A stretch of DNA of 64,000 bases from Pseudogymnoascus verrucosus (Eukaryota). The translations under genes and the position numbers were made by a program. The notes beneath the pieces were generated by a model. That model searched no databases. It saw only the letters and a program-made list of their open reading frames with translations, and had not been told where the DNA came from. Position 1 is the stretch's first letter, and every line of letters starts with the position of its first letter. Positions 11,041-23,078 of the stretch are shown here, in pieces. Where the stretch lies: assembly GCA_001662655.1 (NCBI GenBank), contig KV460242.1; one strand, given 5' to 3'.

Positions 11041-13182
11041 TCACGTCTGCGTCCAGAACCTCCACCTTGTCGACAACCGACCCCCCGACAAATGAATCTC
11101 AGTGTTAAATCGATTCCCACGTTCCCACATTTCAATTCTTTTACGCTGTTACTCTTCTCAAAATACTGACTATGTCATGTATTGTAGGTCGAAAATTATC
11201 TAGAGTCTTACTCGACTTTAAGCATCAATCTACCTCATATTGTTCAACTAGATACAGATATACTCCTAGATAGGAAACCCCATGCCTACTGTCATGCGTC
11301 ATATCTGTGGGTCCTACTTTATTATTTTTTTGGTATCGCGGTGCTGTAAAAATGGTAAATCACGCCCCCTAATGTTAGATAAACAGGGCTTACCACGCCT
11401 GCATGCATGCTTTCGTCGTGGGATACGCAAACACGAGACCCTAGGAATGGGATGCAACGTCGAACCTCTAGGAGTCCTAGAGGTTGAAGAATGCGGTTCT
11501 AGAGTTAGAGTTGCAAGTTAGAGTTGCAGGTTGAAGCACTGGATTTCGACGATCTCGCCTCGCTTATTTAACTAATGACATACAGCGTTCGTTCGAATGT
11601 ATAACCTAGTTACGCATTTAAGAATAGCGTATATAAGTTAAATGCACTCTACTTAGTCTTTATAGCTTATAAAAGTTTAGTTGTAAATGGAAAGGTAAAC
11701 TAAGGCTTTAGTAAACAAGATTAGATAATTATGTTATTTTATCTTCCCTATCTTATAGAGAGTTAAGAGGAACATCTAATTAGCACATTATAAAAGGGTA
11801 GGAGCTAAGGGCATAGGGAGCCTTATATAGCCTAGATATTATAGTAGGTTTCTACAACCCCTATACTAACATATTAATAAATGGAGTAATCTAGGTTATA
11901 GTGTTTTAAACGTAGATTATAGGGATATAGGCTTACTTAAGAACGCTCTTAAGAGAAGTCTCTTAGAAGGATTCTCCTAGAAGTAATAGGCTCCTAGAAG
12001 AGTTCTCTTAGAAGAGTTAGTCTACTAGAAGAACTCTCCTAGAAGAGAATTTACATAATTAGATATATTAGATATATAGATAACGTATTTCACATACGAG
12101 TGGCGCACACAAACGAGTAGCGCACTAAAACACCAAAAACGCGTTAACTTACTTACATAAACAATGGCACTACTAACTCAACCTAAGTCCTCTAATTAAG
12201 AGGGTAGGATACTTCTAGCTATTTAATCAATTAAAGAAGGCCATATTCAAAGTGTTCGAGCTGCTGTAATGTTGTACGATGTCCCTAAAACAACACTTAG
12301 ACGACGCGCCCGTAGTGGTATTTCTCGACGCAACTCTACCCCTAACTTACAAAAATTGACTCTGTACGAAGAGTCAGCTCTTGTTTAGTATATCCTTAAC
12401 CTAGATTCGCGTGGATTTCTGCCCTAGCTACAAGATGTGTAAGAAATGGCTAACCTTCTACTCTCTAAACGAGGCAAGGGCCCTGTTAGGAAGAACTAGA
12501 CTATAAACTTTATAAAGCGCTATATGGAAATTAAAGCAAAGTTCAGTTAGAAGTACGATTATAAACGAGTAAAATGTGAAGATCTAAAGATAATTAAAGG
12601 GTGGTTCTCCCTTATACGAAACACAGTTGTAAAATATAGAATTCTAGAGTAGGATATCTATAACTTTAATGAAGTAGGTTTCGCAATAGGAGTTATTGCT
12701 ACTATAAAGGTAGTTACAAGCTTAGAAGCAAAGAGCTGTCTAAAGACTATATAGCTAGGGAATAGAGAGTAGGTGTTAATTATCTAAGGTGTTAATTTGT
12801 ATAGATGGGCACTCCTGCTGTTCATTATTTTCAAGGCGTAGAATCACCTCTCTACATAGTATAAGGACTTAGGATTGCTAGACAATTAGGTAATTACACT
12901 AAGTAAGAATAGGTGGACCTTAAATTTAATTAGGTACGAGTAGATTTAACACTTCGATTAACATACAAATGCTTGTACAATTAGAACCTATCGCCTTCTT
13001 ATTCTTAACGGACATAAGAGCCACCTCTCTACTCAATTTCAACACTACTGTATAGAACGGAAGATAATCACCCTCTATATGCTACTACACTCCTTGTACA
13101 TTCTTTAACTACTTAACGTTAGCTGCTTTGCTCTACTAAAGCTTTCATACAGACGTTAGATTAAAACCTTCATACAGAATAG

Positions 13183-13662
13183 TGTTACAGCTAGGGTTTT
13201 TAGCGACACTATCGCCGATACCCTAAGTATAGTAGCAATGCACATGTTAGCGATTTAGCCGCTCTTAAAGCAGGGTTAGTTATCAGGCACCTAATGAGCG
13301 TCTAGTACCTAGGTTTACAGGTACTAGAAGACAGTTAGGCACCTAGGAATTAGGAGGTACTAGAGTTGCAGGTACTAGAAGCAGCACAGGTACTAGAATA
13401 GCACTTACGTAATAGAACTATAAGAACTGCTAGAACTCTTACAGTTCCTATAGTTCCTCACAGTCCCCTTTAGCACGACGCTACTATATAAGTAGATAGA
13501 TAGTTCTTAGATAGGAGCTTCGTGCTCAACTCAATATAGTATTTGTTATATACTATAACGTGTTTTACAAAAGCCTTTGTGTCTGATCCCCTGCCTCCTC
13601 TATTAAGTAAACTAACGTAATGAAACCTTTATAAGTCTTATAGTTTAAGACCTAGCGTTACA
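13183..13662 (+). repeat. 5' LTR
   Basis: TGTTACA...CGTTACA; TATATAAG near 13486; internal GGTACTAGA repeats. Confidence 0.95.
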
Positions 13663-13708
13663 CTTTAAGCACCACTTCTACAAGGTACTGGCTTATACAC
13701 AAAGCAAC

Positions 13709-15598
13709 ATAGCTAGAAACAATTCCACCTCTAACGTAGGGACGAAAGGGAAGGCGGCTATAGAGCCTGTCCCTTCGCCTACTACTACGCCTACGCCTAG
13801 AGGGCCTCACCCCTTAGACAAACTTAAGATTGCATTCCTAGACACCTTTAACGGGGACTGTAAGAAGCTTAAGAGCTTCCTCATCTAGATAGAGTTGTAG
13901 ATAGCCTTTAACGCTAAACACTTCGCCTTTAAAGTGCAATAGGTCTTGTAGGCTGTAGCCCTCTTAAGGGGTGCTGCCTTAGACTAGATTACTAACTACC
14001 TAACCAACTACATAAGCCACTATGCAGCTAACGGAAGGGTCACTACGACAGCCAATTAGGGAACTAAGGATATCTTCATTACTTAGGTAGGTTTTGTTAA
14101 ACAGCTTAAGGCGAACTTTAGAGATGTTAATGAGAGAAGGAACGTAGTGCAAGCCATTTAGGCCCTTAGACAGAAAGGGTCTACAGTCATGTATACTGCT
14201 AAGTTTTAGTAGCATGCCCCTCTTACCCATTAGGGAGACAAGGCTATATATAACTAATATTATAAGGGGTTAAAGGATTATGTAAAGGATAAGATTTCTC
14301 GATCTAACAAACCAGATGACCTTAAGGAACTCATTAAGATGGTATAAAAAATCGACAATCGTTGCTACAAACGCCAACTTGAAAGACGAGGAGGAACATC
14401 TAGCTACTAATAGACCTAAAAGAGGAGAACTTAGAAGAGTCATTAGCCTTAGCCCATAGAGCTTAACGCTATGTTTAAGCCTAGTAGGAGACCCTACAAC
14501 CTAAACAAGGAGTAACAGCTTAAGGAACAGTTGTGCTTTAATTGCAACAAGCTAGGCTATATAGCCTAAGACTACAAGCAACCTAAGAAAGGGAACGGAG
14601 GACATAAGAAGTTTAGGAGACAACTTAACGCTACCTAGAAGGGACAGCTAAACGCCACGTTTGTAAACAAACCTAATTAGGGAATTAACGGCGTTAGCAC
14701 CCTAGAAGGGCAGAGCTTAGACAACAAAGATCTCGACGATTTCAACGCATTACTTAAAAAGGAGAATGAACTCCTAAACAAGGAACTAACGGAATCCTAG
14801 AAACTCTAGTTAAAGGAGTTTAAAGAAGACGCAAAGGAGATTGCATTTAAGGAGAATCTACTAGGAGTAGTTAACGTCTATAGACAGGCTATGCTCTAAA
14901 AGGGAACTCCCTAAGCAATTCCTATACCACCACCCCTAATAGGATAGATAGGTACTTAGTAAGACTAGGAAGTTGCAGTTCGCGCCATAAGGTGTCGCCC
15001 TAGGTACCTATAAGGAAGGGAGCCCTAAGGAGTAAACCACACCTCTAAGGAAGCTACTATGTAGTTGAAATACAAGCTTGCAGAATATAACGCGCAAGAT
15101 GAACAGTAGGAAGACACTTAGGGCCTAGAACCCTAGGAACTACAAGTAGACTAAGCTGCTATAGACTACGAACCTACTAATAGAGATGTAGAAAGGTTAC
15201 GTGTAACTATAGAGAAATCCAAGCTTATAGGCAAGACAAAGGAGGAACAGGAATTAACAAAGTTAGATGCATTAAGGATTGATCACCCCTAGCACCTATA
15301 CATATTCTAGGAACACTATAAGTACAATGACTATAAGAGTCACCTATGGAAAAAGACCTAGTATCGACTATTTCTGAAAATTGCACCGTAGGTCTACTTT
15401 ACAGATATAAACCAAATTCATGCCCTTAGACAAAGTCAGTCTAAAGGAGAACTACCGTTAAAGAAACAACAATAGGTATACGAGAAATACCTACACCTAC
15501 TAGATGAAGCAGAAGGATAGGGAGGACAATCTTCCTAAGGACTGCCTATAGAGGATAATGAACATTACTATTACTCCTTAGACGAGTTAAAAAACTAG
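13709..15598 (+). pseudogene. Retrotransposon gag (RIP-damaged) with CCHC knuckle, ending at an AAAAAAC-TAG slippery site
   Basis: De-RIPed: PDTFDGD..KLKSF, LRQKGS, YYKGLKD.VKD and CFNCNKPGHMARDC (about 14534-14575). Start codon inferred. Confidence 0.8.
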
Positions 15599-18500
15599 GA
15601 GTCCTTGACGGTAGGCCACTAGCAAGTGACAAAGAGAGGCCTAGTACAAAGCAGCTATGCGCTATAGGAGGCAGCATGTAGCTATATATAGTTGCTAAGA
15701 TACAATAGCAACACCTCTAAGCTATAATTGACTTAGGAGTAACGGGCAACTTTATAACAAAGAAAGTAGCAGACACTTAAGGTTTTAAGACGCAATTGAA
15801 AACCGATCCTTACCTACTAATAGTTGTAGATAGAGAGCCCATCTCAACTAACAAGGGGATAGTGACCTACAAGACAGTCCCATTAGAAATAGTTATGCTA
15901 CGTAGACATAAGGAAACGATCCAATTCGATATTATACACATAGACAACTATGTATATATCCTTAGTATGCTGTGGCTTAAGAAACACAACCCCTAGATTG
16001 ACTAGTAGAACAAGAAAGTTATAATGAGCTAGTGCATATGTAAACAACAAACAGATACGCTACAACGGGAGAAACCATCCTAGGGCTAACGCGAGGTGTA
16101 TGCGACCTCTATAGAGCCTAGTGACCTAGCCTAGGCACCCTTACTAACGAGTATACTAGTAGAGTATAAGGAATACAAGCAGCTATTCTAGGAAGGCCCT
16201 AAGAATGAGGTGCTTCCTAAGCACTAACTATAGGATCATGTAATACCTTTAGAAGAAGGAAAGAGTCTACTGTTTAGACTAATATACTAGATGTTAGCAG
16301 ATGAACTAAAACTGCTAAAGGAATACATTGACGATAACCTTAAGAAAGGATTTATTAGGCTATCTAAATCTCCTATAGGAAGCCTAATGTTATAGGTTCC
16401 TAAGAAGGATAGAAGCAAACGACTATGCGTAGACTATCGAGCATTAAACAACATAACGATAAAGGATTAATATGCCTTACTGTTAATTAATGAGTTACAT
16501 AACAGATTCTAAGGAGCTAAGATCTTCACTAAGCTAGATCTACGTAGCGTGTACAACCTAATCTGGATAGCTAACGGCAAGGAGTAGAAGACAGCATTCT
16601 GCACCCGCTATAGCCTATTCGAATATTAAGTCATGCCCTTTAGGTTAACCAACGCCCCTACATCTATATAACGCTTAATAAATGACGCTTTGTATAAATA
16701 TCTAGACATATTCACCATTGTTTACCTAGACGATATACTAGTATACTTAGCAAACAAGGACAAACATGCTTAGCATGTTAAGCTCGTCCTCTAGAAGCTA
16801 AAGGAATACAACCTACTATTGAAGCTAGAGAAATGTAAGTTCTATAAGAACTAAGTTAAATTCTTAGGCTACATTATTAGAATGCACGGCATTAAGATAG
16901 ACTAAGCAAAGGTCACAGTAGTGTTAGAATGGCTAACACCAACTATAGTCAAGGAAGTGCAAGCCTTTTTAAGCTTTGCTAACTTCTACTGTTAGTTCAT
17001 TACAGGATATTCTAAGGTAGCTTAACTACTCATAGAGCTTACTAGGAAGGATCTTGTGTTTAAATAGACAGACAAAGTAGAGACTGCCTTCTAGGAACTT
17101 AAGACGAAGTTTATAGAGGCACCCATCCTTACAACATTTGACCCTATAAAGAAGATCGTCCTTAAGACAGACGCTTCTAACTTCGCGATTAGAGCATGTC
17201 TAAATCAACTAGGCGAGAACAGTAAGTTCAAACTAATCGCGTACTACTCTAGGAAACTGTCACCTATAGAGCTCAACTACAACATCTACAACAAGGAGCT
17301 ACTAGCTATTGTCGTTGCCTTTAAGCAGTAGCGTGTATATCTTAAGGGATCCACCTACACTATATAAGTGTAGACGGATTACAAGAACCTTATATACTTT
17401 ACTACGACTAAGGTTTTAAACTGTAGACAAGTCTGCTAGGCAGAAACCCTTATAGCCTACAACTTCACAATAACCTATTATAAGGGCTCTAAGAATGTAA
17501 GAGCAGATGCTCTTAGTAGAAGGACTGACTACGTTAGCCTAAAGGAAGAAAGACCTAGAGCAATATTAAAGAAAACAGACGTAGGAATACAGTACAACAA
17601 GTTGCTAGCAACGATCTCCATCGTTAAAGATATAGAACTTAAGGAAAGACTTAAGAAATCTTATGTAACAGACAAATGTGTAAAGAGAGTCTTAACTAAA
17701 GTTGAAGGTGACTTTGCCATTAACGAACAAGGGTTAATCCGTTACAAAGGATTAGTGTATGTCCTAAGTTAAATGAGACGTCTACTAGTGCAAGAACAAC
17801 ACTCATTGCTAGCACATAGTCATTAGGAAGTAACACGAACCTTTAAACGAATTACTAGACACTACTACTTCCTAGGTAAAAGGAAGCAGGTAGAAACAGT
17901 AGTAAGAGAGTGCAACATTTATAGCAAGTCAAAATCCAATAGGCACTTGCCTTACAGACAACTCAAGTCAACACTAGTACTAAAAGGAGCGTAGAAATCA
18001 ATAGCTTTAGACTTCATCGTTAAGCTACTACCCTCTAAAGACCTGTTAACAGGAATAGAATACAACTCTATCCTTGTTATAACAGAAAGACTCACAAAGT
18101 ATAGGAAATTCGTACTATATCTAGAAGCTAGCGACGCTAAGGCACTCGCGTATACCTTCATTTAAGTCATATTAGCTGATTATAGGATGCTAGAAGAAAT
18201 CATCTTAGACAGAGACAAGCTCTTCACTTTGAAATTCTAGAAATCGTTAATGGCTCTACTAGGAACAAATCACAAGCTATTAACAGCTTTCTACCCCTAG
18301 ACAGACAGCCAAACAGAAAGATTAAATCAAACCCTTAAATAGTACTTGCGAAGTTATGTCAATCATTAATAGGATAATTAGGTTCAGATTTTACCCATCG
18401 CACAGTTTGTATATAACAGCGCAATAGTAGAAGCAACGAAAGTCTCACCGTTCTTTGCTAATTATAGCTACTAGCTAGAAGCATATAGGCAACTAAGACT

Positions 18501-19130
18501 AGATGAAGCATAAGCTAAACAAGCCCTAATTGTAGTAGAACAACTGAAATCGTTCTATAAACAACTTACGACGGACATCTAATTCTTAAATGAACGATCT
18601 ACTACATATGCAAACAGGAAGTGCAGTATAGAACCTACCTTTAAGGAGGGGGATAAAGTATACCTACTCTAGAAACACATTAAAACGAAACGACTAAGTA
18701 CAAAGTTAGACTTTAAGAAATTAGGACCATTTAAGATATTAGAGAAAGTCAGCTTAGTTAATTACAAGCTGTAGCTACCTAAGGACTCTAGACTCCACCT
18801 AGTGTTTCATGTCTTATTATTAGAACTAGCAAGAGGGAATGCCCCGATTGCGACTAACACTGAACTCCAACCTAAGAATGAGATTATTAAATATAAGGTT
18901 AAGGCGATCCTAGACAGAAGGTTAGTAGGACGTTAAGAAGAGTTTTTAATTAAATGGAAAGGTTACGAACCTATAGACAACTTATAGGAGTTAAGAAGGA
19001 ATCTCAGCTGTCTAGAGTTGTTAGTAGAGTTCTACTATCGACACCCTAATTTAGCCAGTATAACGGCGACAAGGCTGCATAGTTAAAGGTTAAGAAATCT
19101 AGTTCGGGGTTAGGGGCCTTAGAATTTATA
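15595..19130 (+). pseudogene. Retrotransposon pol (PR-RT-RNaseH-IN-chromodomain), RIP-damaged
   Basis: IDSGATGNF (about 15730); CVDYRALN; MPFGLTNAP; VYLDDIL (about 16721); TDAS.FAIGA; YDKELLAIV; ADALSRR; integrase SDRD; GPFKI; chromodomain YEVEAILD..FLIKWKGY..DNSWE (about 18890-18990). End approximate. Confidence 0.9.
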
Positions 19131-19570
19131 GTAGGCGGAGAAGCAGGCAGGCGAGCTGCTTTTGCTAGGGCTACGCGTTCACTTGCTTTAGCTTCTTCTA
19201 GCTTATTAAGTGTCTAAAGCCTATAGCGCAACATCTCCCCCCTACGACTCTTTAACAGACGTTGTTGCTTAGAGACGCAGAGCTGCTTTGCTATAGCCTC
19301 TTAGGCCTAGGAAATGGCAAGCTCTATCTCTTGCAACAAGCGTTCCTCTTTACGCTAGAGGCGTTCCTAATCTCTAAGAGAAGGACTAGCGGCGTTACAC
19401 TTAACGTTTGATTTTATGCATTTAGCGCATCGTCTAGAATCGCTAGACATAACGCATTTCGTTTCACGACGTTCACATTAAGTACATAGGGACATTTCGA
19501 CCCTAGTGGCAGCAACATAGAGAGTAAGGAGATAACGTTCTTTAATTTTAGTATGTTTAGAAGAAGACAT
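19004..19570 (-). pseudogene. Antisense accessory ORF of the chromovirus (189 codons) with a Zn2Cys6-like Cys cluster and coiled coil
   Basis: ATG at 19570 is in frame with TGA at 19004. De-RIPed: MSSSKHTKIKER..EMSPCTRCERRETKCVMSSDSGRCAECIKSNVKCD..DWERLQREEERL..GGEMLR.GLQTLDELEEAE. Confidence 0.75.
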
Positions 19571-19683
19571 AGTCGCAGCCTAACCTGCCCCATAGATAGT
19601 AGTAGGCATCACCCTACTTAAGTAGTTAGCAACTTTCTTAGTTAGCGAGTCCTAGGGACTAGGCCTCTTAGGGAGGGACCTAG

Positions 19684-20163
19684 TGTTACAGCTAGGGTTT
19701 TTAGCAACACTATCGCCGACACCCTAAGTATAGTAGCAATGCACATGTTAGCGATTTAGCCGCTCTTAAAGCAGGGTTAGTTATTAGGCACTTAATAAGT
19801 GTCTAGTACCTAGGTTTACAGGTACTAGAAGACAGTTAGGCACCTAGGAATTAGGAGGTACTAGAGTTGCAGGTACTAGAAGCAGCATAGGTACTAGAAT
19901 AGCACTTACGTAATGGAACTATAAGAACTGCTAGAACTCTTACAGTTCCTACAGTTCCTTATAGTCCCCTTTAGCACAACGCTACTATATAAGTAGATAG
20001 ATAGTTCTTAGATAGGAGCTTCGTGCTCAACTCAATATAGTATTTGTTATATACTATAATGTGTTTTACAAAAGCCTTTGTGTCTAATCCCCTGCCTCCT
20101 CTATTAAGTAAACTAACGCAACGAAACCTCTATAAGTCTTATAGTTTAAGACCTAGCGTTATA
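19684..20163 (+). repeat. 3' LTR
   Basis: Collinear with 13183-13662; the differences I can see are C>T/G>A. Confidence 0.95.
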
Positions 20164-20930
20164 AATAGGCTAAACCATATCATAAAGCTTAAGTTCCTCT
20201 CTACATTTAAAGAAGCATTTAAAGCTACATTTATAGAGCAGAACATTAAGAGCGGATTCTAAGCTATAGGGCTAGTTCCATACAAGCTGTAGAATGTCCT
20301 CTCTTACTTAAATCTACACTTAAGGACTCTAACCCCTCCTATAGTTAAGAGTAACAACTAGACCTTAAAGACTCCTTAAACTATAAGGGAGCTTAACTTT
20401 TAAACAGAGCACATTAAGAACTACATTATACAACATTAGAACAGCTCTCCTACCTTAATTAATGATGCTGTTAGCTGCCTTGTTAAAGGGGTAGAAATGA
20501 TAATGCATTCTGCTATTCTACTTAAGGTAGAAGTTAAGGCTCTATAGGCTGCAAATGAACAGAAAAAGAGGAGGGAAAGGAAGCGTAAGAGGCGTATAAT
20601 GCAAGGGGGTAGTCTCTCTGTACGAGATGTAGAGGATATACTTTAGAGTACTAAGGTTAATGCTTAAGTCTATATAGAGGTAGTAAGTAAGACTACTTAG
20701 CAGGAGGGTTCTATAGGCTGATAGCAGTAATGTAGCACATGTGGTAATATAGGGCATAATGCTCGTACGTACAAGAGGCGCTAGGAATCAATTGTAATGG
20801 AATAAGGGTCATTATGTAGGGTAGTAGTAGTATAGTAGTAGTAATAGTCACATTTTAGTGTTTTAGTGCGCCACTCGTTTGTGTGCGCCACTCGTATGTG
20901 AAATACGTTATATTATTATATCTATTACTA

Positions 20931-23078
20931 ACGTATTTTATAAGCAAGTAGCCTATATAAGTAAGTAGCCTATAAAAACACTAAAACGCGTTAACTTAAT
21001 AGAAGTTAATATAACACAACTAACATAAGCCTAATCCTCTAATTAGGAGGGTAGAATACTATTAGCTATTAGTGTAATTAAACAAGGCTAGTTTTGTAGT
21101 GTTTAAGTAGCTATAGCATTATATAATATACCTTAAATGACACTACGTTAACGAATTAAAGGAATGACTTCTAGATGCAACTCTACCTCTAGTTTATAGA
21201 ATTTAACTCTATATAAAGAGTTAGCTCTCGTTTAATATATCCTTAACCTAGATTTATATAGATTTCTACCCTAGCTATAAGCTATATAAGAAATGGCTAA
21301 CCTTCTACTCTCTAAACAAGGTAAGAGCCCTATTAGGAAGAACTAGACTAGTAACTTTATTAAGCGTTATATAGAAATTAAAGTAAAGTTTAGTTAGAAG
21401 TACAATTATAAACGAGTAAAATGTAAAGATCTAAAGATAATTAAAGGGTAGTTCTCCCTTATATAAAACATAGTTATAAAATATAGAATCTTAGAGTAGA
21501 ATATCTATAGCTTTAATAAAGTAGGTTTTATAATAGGAGTTATTACTACTATAAAGGTAGTTATAAGCTTAGAAGTAAAGAGCTATCTAAAGACTATATA
21601 GCTAGGGAATAGAGAGTAGGTGTTAATTATCTAAGGTGTTAATTTATATAGATAGGCACTCTTACCGTTCATTATTTTTAAGGCATAGAATTACCTCTCT
21701 ACTTAGTATAAGGACTTAGAATTACTAGACAATTAGGTAATTACACTAAGTAAGAATAGGTAGACTTTAAATTTAATTAGGTATAAGTGGATTTAACACT
21801 TTAGTTAACATATAAGCACTTATATAATTAGAACCTATTGCCTTCTTATTCTTAACGGACATAAGAGCTACCTCTTAGCTTAATTTTAGTACTACTACAT
21901 AGAATAGAAGATAATTACCCTCTATATGCTACTATACTCCTTATATATTCTTTAGCTACTTAACGTAAGCTGCTTTACTCTACTAAAGCTTTTATATAAA
22001 CGTTAGATTAAAACCTTTATATAGAATAGGCTAAACTATATTATAAAGCTTAAGTTTCTCTCTACATTTAAAGAAGCATTTAAAGCTATATTTATAGAAC
22101 AGAACATTAAGAGTAGATTCTAAGCTATAGGGCTAGTTCTATATAAGCTATAGAGTGTTCTCTCTTACTTAAATCTATACTTAAGGACTCTAACCCCTCT
22201 AATAGTTAGGAGTGACAATTAGACTTTAAAGACTCTCTAAACTATAAGGGAGCTTAACTTTTAAATAGAGCACATTAAGAACTACATTATATAACATTAG
22301 AATAGCTCTCCTAGCTTAATTAATAATGCTATTAGCTACCTTGTTAAAGGGGTAGAAATGATGATGCATTCTGCTATTCTACTAAAGGTAGAAGTTAAGG
22401 CTCTATAAGTGTAAGGGTTTGGTGGAAGCGTGCTACGGCTGTAGGCTCCGGTAACAGAAATGGTATTCAACAGACTAATCTCTAAGCCCTCCCTATAGGG
22501 GGCTTAGCTACTGTTATCTACTGCTTCGCAGTCGGGTCCCCGCCGACTCGGCGGCGGGTCGGTGGTACGTGCCATCCTCTTACTAGCTATAGGGCATAGG
22601 GCGTATAGGTGCATGGGCGCGACTGCCACGGGATGCCTAAGGCACCGATCCCCTAGCCCTAGTCCTCGGGCCCGCGTCGCCCCCGAGTCGGGCCTCCTGC
22701 CGTACCTGTGACAATAAGTAGCAAATGAACAGAAAAAGAGGGAGGAAAGGAAGCGTAAGAGACGTATAATGTAAGGGGGAAGCCTCTCTATACAAGATGT
22801 AGAGGATATACTTTAGAGTGCTAAGGTTGATGCTTAAGTCTAAACGGAGGTGGCAAGTGAGAGTAGTCGGCAGGTGGGCTCTAAAGGCCAATAGAAGCGC
22901 TATAGCTAATGTGAGAAAATAGGACATAATACCTATACGTGCAAGAGGCGCTAGGAATCAATTACGATCGAATAATGGTTATTATATAGGGTAGTAGTAT
23001 AGTAGTAGGTAGTAATAGTCAATTTTAGTGTTTTCGTGGGCCACTCGCTTGTGTGGGCCACTTGCTTGTGAAATACGT
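20931..23078 (+). mobile_element. pogo/Fot1 DNA transposon copy 2, heavily RIP-damaged, containing a solo LTR
   Basis: TA target duplication (20929-30 and 23079-80); right TIR ...GTGGGCCACTTGCTTGTGAAATACGT and a RIP-mutated left TIR; the body aligns with copy 1. Confidence 0.93.
22410..22713. mobile_element. Solo LTR (304 bp, GC-rich) of a second retrotransposon family
   Basis: TGTAAG...GTGACA bounded by a 5-bp target duplication ATAAG (22405-09 and 22714-18); the transposase sequence resumes exactly after it. Confidence 0.88.

Larger units (their letters stand above)
13183..20163 (+). mobile_element. Full-length Ty3/Gypsy chromovirus LTR retrotransposon, RIP-damaged
   Basis: 480-bp LTRs; 5-bp target duplication AATAG (13178-82 and 20164-68); host transposase reads through the junction as QNR|LNHI; domain order gag-PR-RT-RH-IN-chromodomain; purine-rich tract before the 3' LTR. 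Confidence 0.97.
12083..20908 (+). mobile_element. pogo/Fot1 (Tc1-mariner) DNA transposon copy 1, RIP-damaged and interrupted by an LTR retrotransposon
   Basis: TA target duplication (12081-82 and 20909-10); ~50-bp TIRs ACGTATTTCACATACGAGTGGCGCACACAAACGAGT; transposase from 12164 with HTH, YNFDE.GF, LLILDGH.SH, QPLDV and a C-terminal CxxC..H..C knuckle. Confidence 0.95.

Noticed and set aside
11600..12080. AT-rich stretch with short CTCCTAGAAG-like repeats
   Set aside because: Clearly RIP-degraded, but I could not assign a family, termini or reading frame.
14000..22927. Short ORFs in the ORF track within the TE block
   Set aside because: They are stop-bounded remnants or antisense shadows of RIP-damaged gag, pol and transposase sequence.
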